Shown: piece after piece, positions 31,701 to 42,739 of the stretch
How positions within the stretch are numbered: position 1 is the stretch's first letter
How the letters are laid out: each line of letters begins with the position of its first letter
Source: a bacterium
GTDB taxonomy: Bacteria > Electryoneota > JAOADG01
Reading direction: 5' to 3'
DNA length: 64,000 nt
Assembly (NCBI GenBank): GCA_963681965.1
Contig: OY820579.1
Coordinates: 2,624,001-2,688,000, forward strand
Position numbers and translations under genes: made by a program
Notes under the pieces: generated by a model
Told to the model about the DNA's origin: nothing
The model's input: the letters and a program-made list of their open reading frames with translations, nothing else
Database searches by the model: none

Positions 31701-34700
31701 TACAACCGCTGGCCACATCGACAGCGTGGTGATTTTGAATAGACCATGTGTCGTTTCGGGTCCAGTGACCAACCAATCAACCGCTCCAGTATTAGCAACA
31801 TTACTGAGAATTGTATCCCAGGTACCGAAATATGAATTTCGATTAAACAAGATTGCTAGATTTCCCTCAATATTTTGTGCCGACCATCCAATGCTCCGCA
31901 TTGTTCCGATATTGCACGTAGTATTTGCGGGTGGCGAAGTAAAACTTAGCGAAGGCGGTGCCACAATCGAAAAATCGCTTATGGAAGTATCACAAATCTG
32001 AGGGGTCATTGAAACAGAGCTGATTCGGATTCGTCCATTCTGTGTACTTGGTCCGGTTACTAACCAATTGAATGAGTTTGTATTGGAAATATTGGACGCG
32101 ATTGTGGTCCAATCGCCCCACGGATAGTGCCGATTCAATTCGATATTGATATTACCATTGATGTGAATTGAATTCCAATTGATTACTCTCGTGGAGTTGC
32201 CATCCCAGCTATCCATACTACCCGGAGAATTGATGACGAAACGGGAAGGTTCATCCACGGTAATCGTAAAATTGGAAGGAGATTCATTGTTCGCATAAAG
32301 TGCAAGACCGTAATCGTCATCGCTCAGTGGTGTAAAGACGAAAGAAGCAGTATTAGAAGACGTCAATTCCACTGCGGACACAGATTGACCACACCCGGCA
32401 AAATACGGCGCATCATGCGATTGGAAGAGTTTTATTCCAAACGCAGCCGATCCACTGGTGCGTTCCACCGTGAAAGTATAGGGAATTCCGGCAATCAGAT
32501 TGACATCCCACATTTTAACGACATCATCTGAAAGCCAGCTGCCGGATGCGGCACAGGGAGGAGCAAGTGGAGTAGAACTGCCAGCACACCATTCGATGGA
32601 AAAACTGCCAGTGCCGCCGTACCGATTCATCCGGTTGTAATATTGACCGGTTGGTGTGTGGTTGTAATCTACTGCGATAAAATCGACTGGATTCGTTAAA
32701 CCACTATTGGCAGCCTCATTTGTAAAATTGTTATCGGTCCATAAACTAAGATCGTAATCGACACCAGAAGTTGATCGGATTCCCGTTGCCGACCAGCGAG
32801 GGGAAGATTGTGTGTAGGAATAAAATACAACATCTCCACCTTGGCGTGGAACGGAATGATCATCGATCAGCGAACCGATGGAAGGGAATGAAATACTAAA
32901 ATTCGCGTCGCAGGTATCGCTTCGCATCGGAGTCATGTTTAGTGTTCTAATTCTTACTCGGGCTTGCCCGGTTTCGGGTCCGGTTGCCGTCCACCGATAA
33001 TAACCGCTATTCGCAATATTTTCCGCAATCGGTACCCAGAGATAATTGCTATTATAACTTCGTGCCAGTTCAATCGTGACATTCCCGACGACATCAGTCG
33101 AATTCCAAGTGATATCTACATCAGAAGAGTAGGGATAGTTGCCCCCAAAATTCGGAGAAGTTATCACGATGGTGGGTGTTGGTACATCGACAAACAGCGA
33201 ACATGCAGCCATATCGCTGGTATTTTTATAAACGACCAACCCATAATAATCGGATGCCGTGACTGTATAACTAAACGATTCAGCATCGCTATATCCATCC
33301 GAATGTGCGACTGATGCCTGTTTTCCGGCGTAGTAAGCGGCGCCATTGGACGCGAAAAGTGCGATACCCAAATCCCCTGATCCACTGACTCGATCACAGC
33401 GGAATGTATGGGTTCCCGGGTTCAAATATACGTCCCACACTCTGGCTATTCGCGAAGTCTCAAAAACAGAATAGCCTCGTGAACCCGATTGGAGCATTTC
33501 AGTACCACCTTCGTACTGAACGTTGAAGGTACCGTTTCCGCTATAGCGCGTTACTCGTGGATAAAATATTCCCGAACGGCTGTGGTTGTGATCGGAAACA
33601 ATGAAATCGGTTGAATCGATTGTACTACTCGATGCCAGTGTCGTGGTATAAGCCGAGTTATCGAATAACTGCAAATCGTAATCCGACCCGAGTGGCGAAT
33701 GAAGACCAACGACTGACCAATAATTTTGTGATTGATTAAAAGTGTAATAGCTCGTTGATGCATTGCCTCCCAATGCGTTTCCGGAAGTAAGATCGCTGAT
33801 CGATTGAGTGATGGTAAAATCATCATCCGAGATATCGGTCACTTGTTGATTACCGAATGAAATACCTATCCGAATACGCGCATGACCACTTGCTGGCTGA
33901 GTGACTAGCCAGTTATAGGTTCCTAAATTCGATCCGGTAATCCCGATATACTCCCACACACCCGATGGATAATTCCGGTCGATTTCAAAGGTGATGTTAC
34001 CCTGGATACCACCGGCATTCCACTCAATCGGAAAGGTAGAGCCGACCGACCAACTTTCACTACCGTTCGGAGAAAGTAGTCTCACTCCAGGTATGCTAAG
34101 GGTATAGGTACCACTACTATCATTGTCGCAGAGTATTGCCAAGCCATACCAGTCGCTGACAGTGGGGGTGTATTGAATTTGTTTCGAAGTGAAGTTATCC
34201 GGTTGATAACTGGCAACATTTCTGGCAATATTGGAATAATAAGAGGAATTTTGCGAAGCAAATAGATACATCCCAAGATCGATACCTCCCGTTTGGTCGA
34301 GTTGGATCGTATGGGTTGTTCCAGCCGTAAGGAATACATTCCAGATTTTAACCACATTATTGGCTGGCCAATTTCTTATCGATGAACTCATCCCTGGACG
34401 CAATGTATCGAGCGCTGCGTCCCCTTGTACACGATAGGAAGAGCTATATTCATCATTATCAGGATTAATCTTGTAATACACTGGAGACAATACTGCGTGA
34501 TGATAATCGGCAACAAGCATATCGGCTGGAAATCCTGAATAATTACCTGATGAAGTATCAATTCTTTCAGAATAAACCGAATCGCGGTATCCATACATAT
34601 AATGAAGTCTGCTACTCATTTCGACTCGGTATCCTACCGCAGTCCATCCAGCGGATAATGGTGTCAACTTGTAATAATTGGTGCCATATCCATTTTGAAT

Positions 34701-36491
34701 GATTTGGTTGTTGAGTTCAATCGGCGAGATGATGGAAAAGTTGGCATGCGAAGTATCGCCGATTTGCGGGGTCATGGCAACGCTGCGGAGCCGTATCCGG
34801 CAATTGTTCGAAAGCGCTCCAGTAACCGTCCAATTGTAAACGCCGCTGTTTGCTACTGAAGAAGCAATCTGCTCCCATGATCCATTGGGATAGGTGCGAT
34901 TGAGATCGATGCTGATATTGCCGGACATATTATTCGTACTCCAGCGAATCGGCGTAGTAATTCCCGAGAAACACCGTTCACCTCCATTCGGTGTCATTAG
35001 GGCAATAACATGTAAATCGGCAAAGGGATTGATCAATCCGCGACCCATCATGCCAATCTCTTCCGGATTGTATCGATCCAAATTGATCGCGGTTGACATA
35101 ATCAACGCTTCTAACTGATTGACTGTTAACGTCGGATTTCGCGATAAAATCAGGGCTGCAACCGAAGCCGCCATGGGGCTAGCCATCGAAGTACCATGAT
35201 ATTGTATATAATGAACGGCGTGATAGGCATTGACGACCATCGTCGACCAAATGTCTTGACCGAATGCGGAAAGATCGATCCATGTTCCATAGTTCGAGAA
35301 AGAGCTAAATTGATAATCGTTACGGATCGATGTAACTGCAATTACATTGGCAGCGGCGGCTGGATACAGCCGATTGCCAGAGTGATCATTGCCTGCAGCA
35401 GCAAAAACCAAACAATTGTTATTGCGGGCATATTGCAACACGGTCACATAAGCAGAAGAAGGGGTTGCGTACGATCCAATACTGAGATTGATGATGCGAG
35501 CACCACGATTGACCGCGTATTGAATTCCGGCAACGAAATCATCATCGGAACCAGTTCCTAGATGCTGTCCTAGGTGGATATATTCGCACCCGGCACGAAC
35601 ACCGATAGTTCGAATGTTAAAAGCGGGCGAGTTGACACCAATTCCATTGTCAGTTCGCGCGGCAAGAATTCCAGCAACATGCGTGCCATGACTTTCAAAA
35701 TCCATCGGATCATTGTCGCGCGGACCGTAGTCTTCACCGGGGGAGGGAGAACCTTCGAATTCGGCAGCACTATGACTGACAAAGTCATAACCGATCACGT
35801 CATCGACAAATCCATTGTTATCGTTATCGATTCCATTATTGTCTGCACTCGTGAGCCGACCGTCATGATTGATATCTTCGGCACTATTTACTCGAAAAGA
35901 GCCAACCAGATCCTCATGGTTGTAATCGACACCGGTGTCGATCGATACTGCAAGGATCGTGCTATCCCCTTTCCCAAAATCCCATGCCCGTCGTAGTCGC
36001 AGTGAATCGTAATAATCGGAGACCATTTGTACGTTCGCTTCGCGGAATAACTGCCAATCGTTGGGTGTGTATTGAAGTTGCCGAATCGGACAGGGTGCCG
36101 CTTCTTCGATACCGGGAATTCGTGCGAGTTCCTCGCACAATTTTTCAATTTGCTGCTCGGAATCGAAGAACTTCGGAAAGTGAATCAAGTAAAAGCGCTC
36201 CATTCTGAGCGCATGAAATTCCTTATTCTGTAACGAAATCGGATCAAAGGAAAAAACCGGATCGAGCTTTTCTACGTTGAGTTTAGCGAGCTTGAGATCG
36301 AGGGCTAATATACCACTGGGAAGAAGAATCGACCCGTCGGGAATTCGATGCATTTTACTACTAGCAGCAGGATCGAATGTTAGAAATATCGTTCCCGATA
36401 AATAATGTTCAAATGCCAATGTTACTGATGGAAGTAAAAACAGAAACACAATTCCCATAAATAGGTGTAGAAAGGAATGATGTCGGTTCAT
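28734..36491 (-). CDS. Secreted multidomain S8 protease (2585 aa): propeptide, S8, ~10 PNGGE-type Ig-like repeats, PPC-like modules, ~4 ASH-like domains, shared C-terminal module
   Basis: Signal peptide; IDTGVD / HGTHVAG / AAAGND / GTSMASP; repeated SPNGGE..W motifs. Confidence 0.93.
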   Translation of the reverse strand: MNRHHSFLHLFMGIVFLFLLPSVTLAFEHYLSGTIFLTFDPAASSKMHRIPDGSILLPSGILALDLKLAKLNVEKLDPVFSFDPISLQNKEFHALRMERFYLIHFPKFFDSEQQIEKLCEELARIPGIEEAAPCPIRQLQYTPNDWQLFREANVQMVSDYYDSLRLRRAWDFGKGDSTILAVSIDTGVDYNHEDLVGSFRVNSAEDINHDGRLTSADNNGIDNDNNGFVDDVIGYDFVSHSAAEFEGSPSPGEDYGPRDNDPMDFESHGTHVAGILAARTDNGIGVNSPAFNIRTIGVRAGCEYIHLGQHLGTGSDDDFVAGIQYAVNRGARIINLSIGSYATPSSAYVTVLQYARNNNCLVFAAAGNDHSGNRLYPAAAANVIAVTSIRNDYQFSSFSNYGTWIDLSAFGQDIWSTMVVNAYHAVHYIQYHGTSMASPMAASVAALILSRNPTLTVNQLEALIMSTAINLDRYNPEEIGMMGRGLINPFADLHVIALMTPNGGERCFSGITTPIRWSTNNMSGNISIDLNRTYPNGSWEQIASSVANSGVYNWTVTGALSNNCRIRLRSVAMTPQIGDTSHANFSIISPIELNNQIIQNGYGTNYYKLTPLSAGWTAVGYRVEMSSRLHYMYGYRDSVYSERIDTSSGNYSGFPADMLVADYHHAVLSPVYYKINPDNDEYSSSYRVQGDAALDTLRPGMSSSIRNWPANNVVKIWNVFLTAGTTHTIQLDQTGGIDLGMYLFASQNSSYYSNIARNVASYQPDNFTSKQIQYTPTVSDWYGLAILCDNDSSGTYTLSIPGVRLLSPNGSESWSVGSTFPIEWNAGGIQGNITFEIDRNYPSGVWEYIGITGSNLGTYNWLVTQPASGHARIRIGISFGNQQVTDISDDDFTITQSISDLTSGNALGGNASTSYYTFNQSQNYWSVVGLHSPLGSDYDLQLFDNSAYTTTLASSSTIDSTDFIVSDHNHSRSGIFYPRVTRYSGNGTFNVQYEGGTEMLQSGSRGYSVFETSRIARVWDVYLNPGTHTFRCDRVSGSGDLGIALFASNGAAYYAGKQASVAHSDGYSDAESFSYTVTASDYYGLVVYKNTSDMAACSLFVDVPTPTIVITSPNFGGNYPYSSDVDITWNSTDVVGNVTIELARSYNSNYLWVPIAENIANSGYYRWTATGPETGQARVRIRTLNMTPMRSDTCDANFSISFPSIGSLIDDHSVPRQGGDVVFYSYTQSSPRWSATGIRSTSGVDYDLSLWTDNNFTNEAANSGLTNPVDFIAVDYNHTPTGQYYNRMNRYGGTGSFSIEWCAGSSTPLAPPCAASGSWLSDDVVKMWDVNLIAGIPYTFTVERTSGSAAFGIKLFQSHDAPYFAGCGQSVSAVELTSSNTASFVFTPLSDDDYGLALYANNESPSNFTITVDEPSRFVINSPGSMDSWDGNSTRVINWNSIHINGNINIELNRHYPWGDWTTIASNISNTNSFNWLVTGPSTQNGRIRISSVSMTPQICDTSISDFSIVAPPSLSFTSPPANTTCNIGTMRSIGWSAQNIEGNLAILFNRNSYFGTWDTILSNVANTGAVDWLVTGPETTHGLFKITTLSMWPAVVAYSDTPLVVVQPHTISVTAPNGGERWTLGSSRSIQWSFQSITGNVAIELNRNYPNGSWETIAANTSNSGSYLWTVAGAVTNNSSIRVRSLAMTPEVSGFSSNIFTIMTPPTMQLLSPVGGETWNAGFSHNLTWATSNTSVYQIFLTTDNGTSWTMINSGLAVSPYPWTVPSLASTRCRIKIVNEDGSIADSSHAMFTITSNPQLQVLSPNGGELLYSNQNRFITWTAVNGASVYRLEYSTNSGTSWIRIDSSSAGLIQPYIWSIPATATTGGLIRISNQSRTYSDVSDAAFSIIIPSISLTSPNGGEYYAPNQLVNIRFVPRIPDSVKVEVSFNNGFIWSQLGIAPYLDTCLNWLVPNNASDSCLIRVSSVNNPTIFDVSNQMFSIVTTGIRVLSPNGGESWQAGSTQAIRFFTTVGDTATGTDMFYSTNNGVSWIALCQIRNQPPGNVTYNHTVPNVGTTNALYKAVVSNNATLYDVSDRIFTILPLTAIISTSPRPLDFADGHVGSGKLSNLYIRNSGTDTLRITGIDLPTTVSTTWSTRNIAPGDSIVNILTWVATTLGTWHDTLYVRSNATNSSRYAVPLSGYGRGAVVSSPDTVMSFGSVHVDSTRTITIHLVNSGNDSLFYSLTSSPPDVGFATSSFAVAGGTTGTFTLAWTPHWNNPINDSVVVTTNAINRSRMVIRLTGTARGQMCMPGVSNIAFDTVETGGSQVRSLYLRNPGTDTLHITNTSIARSPATITTNWTTRTILPGDSAQLSLTWHPVTSGNLSDSLIVVSDAFNIKRWAVTINGVAIGHPEITVRSTSIGLGAVAVGSSGSQTIYIRSTGYLPLTITNITAPANVTKSWTSRTIAVNDSSALLITWTPLSTGTLSDSLRITSNASRHPILSIPLTGSAYIIPGIPANLSILFDRNTSIATLNWLTASGTVSGYNVYRYGNNGYFTPPGIGTLIGSVLSPSTVYQDSTAGIGMQYYYRVNSFYSPVGSTDSK

Positions 36492-36895
36492 TTGACAACT
36501 CCTTTCTGCGCGGGAACAGTATTTTTAAATTTGAGTATTGTCGGTTTGGTGGTAGTGGGGAGGTAGCCACTGGTATCGGATCCGATCGGTAGAGGTTTGA
36601 GCTTTATTGGTATTACACCTACAACTCGAATCGATTGGATTAGAGGAGAGATTTTTGGGAGTGAAGCGAGCTTCCATCTTTCGGTTTCAGATAACAGTGC
36701 GGGTAATGAAGTATTACAAGAATCGGTAACGATCGGATAATCCGGTTTCAGATTCACAGAATCCGATCGCTCAAGCTTCAAATTAACCGATGTGTTTGTC
36801 GGAAAGGGTGACGATGCAAATGCAAAATGGAAAGAAAGTGTGAATAAAAGTGCAAGTGCAAATGCAAACAATCGCAAACGAAAACAAGGCTTCAT
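36488..36895 (-). CDS. Small secreted hypothetical protein translationally coupled to the large S8 gene
   Basis: GGAGG RBS; hydrophobic signal ending AFA; ATGA overlap with the downstream gene. Confidence 0.7.
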   Translation of the reverse strand: MKPCFRLRLFAFALALLFTLSFHFAFASSPFPTNTSVNLKLERSDSVNLKPDYPIVTDSCNTSLPALLSETERWKLASLPKISPLIQSIRVVGVIPIKLKPLPIGSDTSGYLPTTTKPTILKFKNTVPAQKGVVK

Positions 36896-37112
36896 TCTTT
36901 CCTCCTAGCCAAGTAACTATAATAATTGAGCTAGTATTAATTGAATTAAATAATTGTTAAAATAAGATAATAGCGTTCACAGTCACTTCAAGTACCATGA
37001 GTTCATCACAAGTGCATTCGCGAAATACTAACTCGAACCTTCACTCACTTTTCGGTCAAAAATCGTCGGTGAGAACCCATCGAGGCAGTACAGTGCCATG
37101 ATCTACTACTAC

Positions 37113-40100
37113 TCAATTCACTGCAGTAACCCGGTAATAATACACCCTACCAGTAGGCTCTTCGATATACTGTTGCGTTCCAGCAGGTACGGAATAAATC
37201 AGTGTTCCACCGACCGGAGGAGTGAAGTATGGTGTTGATGAACGGTAAACATGATATCCTGCAGTCGCACCCGAAACCGCATTCCACTCTAGAATTCTAA
37301 ACGTACCACTAGTTCTGATTTGTAATTGCTGTGGTGCTGCCGGAGGCGCTACTACCGGTCCAGTTACGTGTAATGAATTAACGAAGAGAATCGATCCATG
37401 ACCATTGATTCCGATTAATCCAATTCGAGCATACGTCGAAAGCACTTCATTCGGAATCGGTAACGTCAGAGTTCGAGCCGAAGATTCAATACCAGGAACC
37501 ATCGCGGAACCATCCCCGCTGTTGAGCGAGTTATCCAATGTACCCGCACTCGACCATAACGTCTGCAATGGGTATAGATATCCATCCTGATTCATTGTGA
37601 CAATCTGTAGTGTATCGACGTAAGGTTGGTAGGGAGCATAAGTCCATGTAAATGAAACCGTACCCCCTTGCTCTATACTCGGCATCGTTAGAAATGGTGT
37701 CCAAAGAATATCTTTCTCGCCAAGAAATCCGTTGTGATACCAATCGAGTCGCGCGACTCCGTCTCCGGCATAACCACCGGAAATCCGATCCCAAGTGATC
37801 TCATTTCCCTGATTATCGAGAAACCATTCCGATGGTGGAAAAGTCGCCTGTTCAAACGATTCAGTCAGTGGTAATGCTACCGGTATGTATGTCGTAATCC
37901 AACAATCGGGTGACGGATCGGACCGAAGGTAGTCGCCATTGTAAGCGTAGCAGGCAAACTGGTAAGTAATTCCAGGCGTCAATCCCACTACTTTAATCGT
38001 ATCCCACAGATTGTAGGGTAACCGGATTTCCGATGTATCCAACACTCCGAATGGTGGTTGAATCCATAATCCGGTGCTCAGTTCCCGAAATGAAAGGAAG
38101 GTCGATGGAGGAGCGGTAGTCCCGATTACCGGTACTATCCGCAAGGTTGAACACCCTACGGCAGTTACTAACGGAAACAGAGGCGCTTCGGCTAGTGTCC
38201 AGCCATTCGCTGAAGCATACCCGACCGACCGGACATCGGAGACCAGACTGTACACCCGGTAATAGATATAGGTACTTGAGGGTAAATTTTGAATGGAAGC
38301 AGAAGTGACATTTTCCGAAACAGTATCATGAGGCGAGAAATTATAACCATCGAAGGAAATGTCAATGACAAAACCGCTTTCTTCGTCCGACTGATCCACC
38401 CAACTGATGCAAGTTGAGCTTGTGGTAGTTCCGATAAGTGTCGCATTGGCAGGACTGCCCGTGGGGAGGATCTGACTGATATAAACACTATCGATGTAAA
38501 TATTTGAACCGCCGTGATTGATGCCGATGAATCCAATTCGGACGTAATCTTGCTCTAGCGCTTGAGCCGGGATAAAAACTCTTGCATGTCCCCACGTTCC
38601 AGTCTCACCCGGAACGCTGCGCATCCCGCCACTGCCTGCTGCCAAAGATAGTCCGCTGTAGCCATTGGCATCGGCAATCCACATCTGATCCTGCGTGCCT
38701 TGTCGATCGGTTACTACGATCAGCGAATCATTCGTCGATGATTCATTGAAAGTATAACTCCAAATGAACCGTAGATAATAACCTCCAACCGGGCGGAAAT
38801 CGAAATGGGGTGTCCAGAAAATGGCGTGCTCGCCGTTTGGAATCGATGAACTAATTGGCAATTCTGCCACTCCGTCATTGGCATTATAATCGGCAAAGCG
38901 CTGCCAGAGGACACCACCTTCCGGATTGGCGCGTTGCCAGGAATAAGGCAGCGCATAAGGTCCGGGGAAGGTTTCCATATAAGGGGGTGAATAGCTGGTT
39001 TCAGTTCTTCTGGTAACTCGCGGTGAATATTCGGTTACAGATCCACTTCGGTCGCGAGCAACGGAAAAGATTTGATAAGGTGTATTGGGCACCAAATTCT
39101 CGATAAAGATCTGATTCCAACCAGTCAATCTCTGCCACACCGGTTCGGTTCCGAACGTTCCATCGGCTTGAATCCAGTTAACGAAGTTATCATCGCAGCG
39201 AATCGCATACTCGGTTTCGACGTTGTTGGGAGTGGTGGCATTGTTTTCCGGATTGATTGTCATCCGGTACTGCGAAACTTCGTATACTGTAGGTACGAAA
39301 GGGATCACGGCAGGAAGATTTAAATCGGTTTCGGCGAAGGTTTGCGAGTAAGAAATACCATTCCAGGCATAGACCCTGAACCAGTAGCGTGTATTCGGTG
39401 TCAGGTTTGTTGCGGTATAGGCAAGCACGTTTGCATTCACTGAATCCAAGGGTTCAAATTGTGTGCCATCTACCGATTTGAAGAGTGTAAAGTGTTGTTC
39501 GGTGAATGAATGATCGATCCAAGTAAATTGTAACGAGGCTGCACTTAGTTGTGTTGCAGAAAGATTCGTTGGTCCTGATAAATCGACTCCGGGAAGGATT
39601 GTAAAATTATCTACAAAAATCCCCGGATCTGTCCCATATCCCATGGCAGATCCACGATTGATACGTAGTCCGAAATAAATCGTAGGTCTATTCAGGATTT
39701 CATTGGGGAGTGAGATCTGCATTGTGTTCCACATTCCCGGGAAGGGGTGATAGGGAGGGGCATTTTCAAAACTGATTAAAGCGTGTTCGCCAGTTCCGCG
39801 CGTCCATTTTTTGTTAAGAGTATACTTCGTATCTGTAGGCGAGTAACAATAGAACACTTCTAAAGTATCGGGAAGACTGGTTTCATATGATTCCGGAGCG
39901 CAGCTCCAATCATAGTTTAACGTTGCTGAAGCCAGACTGAGTGTATTCAGTGGCGGTGTAATCAATGACGATTCATCACCGGGTGACCTGACAGTCAAGC
40001 AGCCGTCACCACTGTACTCGCCAGTATACCGAGTCCAGTACATATAGTTAGTATTCACTGGTTGTGATGTCCAGGATGTTGGCGGAAACGTAGTACTGGC

Positions 40101-41882
40101 AAATGTTTCCCGGAACGGGAGACCGGTGTTATTGTATATCGTGATGTTCGAAGTGGACATATCGAACGATGCCGGGTTATTTTGATCATAAACTCTGAAT
40201 CGCAATGTTGTGGTTGGTGCGATGTTAGTTGCCCAGATATAGTCGAAGATCGATACAATCGGTCCGGCTACCGGTTCCCAAGCTCCGGAAGGGTAGTTTT
40301 GATTCATTTCAATCATGATGTTCGAGACTTCTTCGCGAGCGTTCCAGGTTATGCGAAGCGAAGACGCTGACAAGATCCGCTCACCACCCCGCGGTGAATT
40401 TAACGTTACCGGATAGGCATTGCGAACTAAACTGTAAGCATCGACCATCTTTCCCATCCAAGCAGCATTATTAGGATCGAAGGCAATGATGTCGCTATTG
40501 TAACGCTGGAAGAGTGTTAACAAAGAATCGTCGGAGATCGATGGGCGACTACTAAGAATCAACGCTGCAACCGATGCTGCATTAGGGGATGCCATCGAAG
40601 TGCCGCTCTTGATCTCGTACCCTCCAGTTCGGGAGGTTGACAGTATACTCGAACCGGGCGCACAAAAATCGATCCAACCGCCGTAATTCGAGAACGAAGA
40701 TTTTACATTCCCCGGAGCCAAAGATGCGACTGCTTGTGATTCATCAAAGGCAGCGGGATATGCCATCGTGGAACTGTTGTCATTTCCCGCCGAGAAAAAA
40801 CAAAGACAATTATTCGCACGGGCGTATTGAATCGCGGTATGTTCCGCGGTATTCGGAATACCGCCACCGTAACTACCACTAATGATCCGGGCACCACGAT
40901 TCACAGCATATTGGATCGCGACCGGAGTATCCTCTCCAAACATCAATCCTGCCACTCCATCGGGTTTGGTTACGGATCCACCGGCTCTGATACAGATTGT
41001 AGAAACATTGTAGCTGGCTGCCGGCACTCCGATCGTATTTTTGGTCGCGGCTGCCATGGTTCCACAGACATGGGTTCCATGCCCATTGAAGTCGGACGGA
41101 GTAGGATCGCGAGGTCCATATTCCTCGCCGGGAGTGGCAGTCCACGAACCCGAAGGAACATAACTGGTAAAGTCGTAGCCAATCACGTCGTCGATAAATC
41201 CATTATGGTCATCGTCAATTCCATTCAGGTCAGCAGAAGTGAATCGACCGTCATGATTAATGTCTTCAGTCGTATTCACCCTGATATTTGGAATCAAATC
41301 GGGATGATCGTAGTTCACTCCGGTATCGATTGACGCAATCAGAATCGATGAGGAACCCCGAACCATTTCCCATGCTTCGCGACACCGCATGCCATCCAGA
41401 CCCCACATTCCAGAAGTACCCGCCGCAACCGACCAATCATTGGGAGTGGCATGCAATTCACGGTGATTGACCGGTTCCGCCAGTGCAATTACCGAGAGTG
41501 TTTTTGCGCCATTGACGACATCGTCGACCGTTTCATTGCCGAACGGTTTGTCAGGATCTACTTTTCCTTGCACCAGATAGAATCGATCCATTCCGAGTTC
41601 GAAAAAGGTTGGGTTCTTCAGCGAAATTGGATCGAAAGAAAAAACCGGAACCAGTTGCATGCAGTGATAACTCGACAACCACTGGTCGAGTTCTTTATCG
41701 CCAGTAGGAACCGTAAATGAGCCATCAGCTTCACGGTGGACTTGACCAGAAAATTGAGGAGTGATCTGCACGAAGATCATACTCTGATCAACCAGATCTG
41801 CTGTTGAGATTGAAGCAAGACAAACAATCGGTAATAGTAGTAGGCAAAATACAAGTGGGAGTTTTGATAAGTAACTGGTCAT
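37113..41882 (-). CDS. Secreted multidomain S8 protease (1589 aa) with FN3-like and cleaved-adhesin/MAM-like modules and the shared C-terminal module
   Basis: IDTGVN / HGTHVCG / SAGND / GTSMASP; three E.F...FPP..W-type modules; W.D.S..E..F FN3-like modules. Confidence 0.92.
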   Translation of the reverse strand: MTSYLSKLPLVFCLLLLPIVCLASISTADLVDQSMIFVQITPQFSGQVHREADGSFTVPTGDKELDQWLSSYHCMQLVPVFSFDPISLKNPTFFELGMDRFYLVQGKVDPDKPFGNETVDDVVNGAKTLSVIALAEPVNHRELHATPNDWSVAAGTSGMWGLDGMRCREAWEMVRGSSSILIASIDTGVNYDHPDLIPNIRVNTTEDINHDGRFTSADLNGIDDDHNGFIDDVIGYDFTSYVPSGSWTATPGEEYGPRDPTPSDFNGHGTHVCGTMAAATKNTIGVPAASYNVSTICIRAGGSVTKPDGVAGLMFGEDTPVAIQYAVNRGARIISGSYGGGIPNTAEHTAIQYARANNCLCFFSAGNDNSSTMAYPAAFDESQAVASLAPGNVKSSFSNYGGWIDFCAPGSSILSTSRTGGYEIKSGTSMASPNAASVAALILSSRPSISDDSLLTLFQRYNSDIIAFDPNNAAWMGKMVDAYSLVRNAYPVTLNSPRGGERILSASSLRITWNAREEVSNIMIEMNQNYPSGAWEPVAGPIVSIFDYIWATNIAPTTTLRFRVYDQNNPASFDMSTSNITIYNNTGLPFRETFASTTFPPTSWTSQPVNTNYMYWTRYTGEYSGDGCLTVRSPGDESSLITPPLNTLSLASATLNYDWSCAPESYETSLPDTLEVFYCYSPTDTKYTLNKKWTRGTGEHALISFENAPPYHPFPGMWNTMQISLPNEILNRPTIYFGLRINRGSAMGYGTDPGIFVDNFTILPGVDLSGPTNLSATQLSAASLQFTWIDHSFTEQHFTLFKSVDGTQFEPLDSVNANVLAYTATNLTPNTRYWFRVYAWNGISYSQTFAETDLNLPAVIPFVPTVYEVSQYRMTINPENNATTPNNVETEYAIRCDDNFVNWIQADGTFGTEPVWQRLTGWNQIFIENLVPNTPYQIFSVARDRSGSVTEYSPRVTRRTETSYSPPYMETFPGPYALPYSWQRANPEGGVLWQRFADYNANDGVAELPISSSIPNGEHAIFWTPHFDFRPVGGYYLRFIWSYTFNESSTNDSLIVVTDRQGTQDQMWIADANGYSGLSLAAGSGGMRSVPGETGTWGHARVFIPAQALEQDYVRIGFIGINHGGSNIYIDSVYISQILPTGSPANATLIGTTTSSTCISWVDQSDEESGFVIDISFDGYNFSPHDTVSENVTSASIQNLPSSTYIYYRVYSLVSDVRSVGYASANGWTLAEAPLFPLVTAVGCSTLRIVPVIGTTAPPSTFLSFRELSTGLWIQPPFGVLDTSEIRLPYNLWDTIKVVGLTPGITYQFACYAYNGDYLRSDPSPDCWITTYIPVALPLTESFEQATFPPSEWFLDNQGNEITWDRISGGYAGDGVARLDWYHNGFLGEKDILWTPFLTMPSIEQGGTVSFTWTYAPYQPYVDTLQIVTMNQDGYLYPLQTLWSSAGTLDNSLNSGDGSAMVPGIESSARTLTLPIPNEVLSTYARIGLIGINGHGSILFVNSLHVTGPVVAPPAAPQQLQIRTSGTFRILEWNAVSGATAGYHVYRSSTPYFTPPVGGTLIYSVPAGTQQYIEEPTGRVYYYRVTAVN

Positions 41883-42739
41883 GATTTTCCCTCGATGAAT
41901 TCTTCACAAGGATACATTGTGCCTGTTAGGAAACGATAAACCTTAATTGTGCGTGATGGTTCGATACGAGAAGACTTATTCGACAAGTTGTTCAGGGAAA
42001 TCCAACTCTTGTACGGGCGTGTTCAGGAGCAACTCAAACGGAAAGATAGTGAAAGTAGGGGTACTTGTGAAGTCAAAAGGAAGAAAATAAAAGATTTCTG
42101 GTGATATGGATCAATTCATCATGAAGTGTAGTTAACAACAGAAATATTCTCTATTCATGAGAATATTCTTTAAAACGATCCGGAAATTGTCTTCATGATA
42201 ATATTACTCAACTGGATCAAACTCGCAATAAATCGACTTTCAACTGGAAAATACCTTATAGCTCAGTATTCATTTTCACTGCACAACTACTAGTAACCAT
42301 CCTCTGCTAAGCCATGCGAATACTTTATTGTGTAGTAACTGAGCTTTCTGTTCTTCACAGCAATGGAATATTACAATTGACGACTATTTCACTTCCCAAT
42401 CAAAGTGTGATGGTTTAGAGAACTAGAATAATCTGCTCATGAATTGGTAGGAATTTTTGTTTCTCTTCATCCTCCTAAGATTCCGGTTTTTGGAGAGTGT
42501 GTTTCTTTAACATCCCGACTGCTTCTAAGAGAAAAATGACTTTCGGTGTGTGTTTGGCTTGGACTCACTGTTTTGAAACAGTTACATTCTTTTCCGTAGA
42601 ACCGTCCGAGTTATTGGGTGGAGAACGAGTTATACACCTGAATTCGGGACTTACTGTAATAAAATTAATTCATTGGGATACTTGGAAATCACGGAAGCGT
42701 GACCGACAAAATTATGAGAATTGGGGATAGACGAAAAAT

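Noticed and set aside
41900-42730. Long AT-rich intergenic region with a 77-aa ORF
   Set aside because: No convincing RBS, motif, repeat or RNA structure; treated as a divergent promoter region
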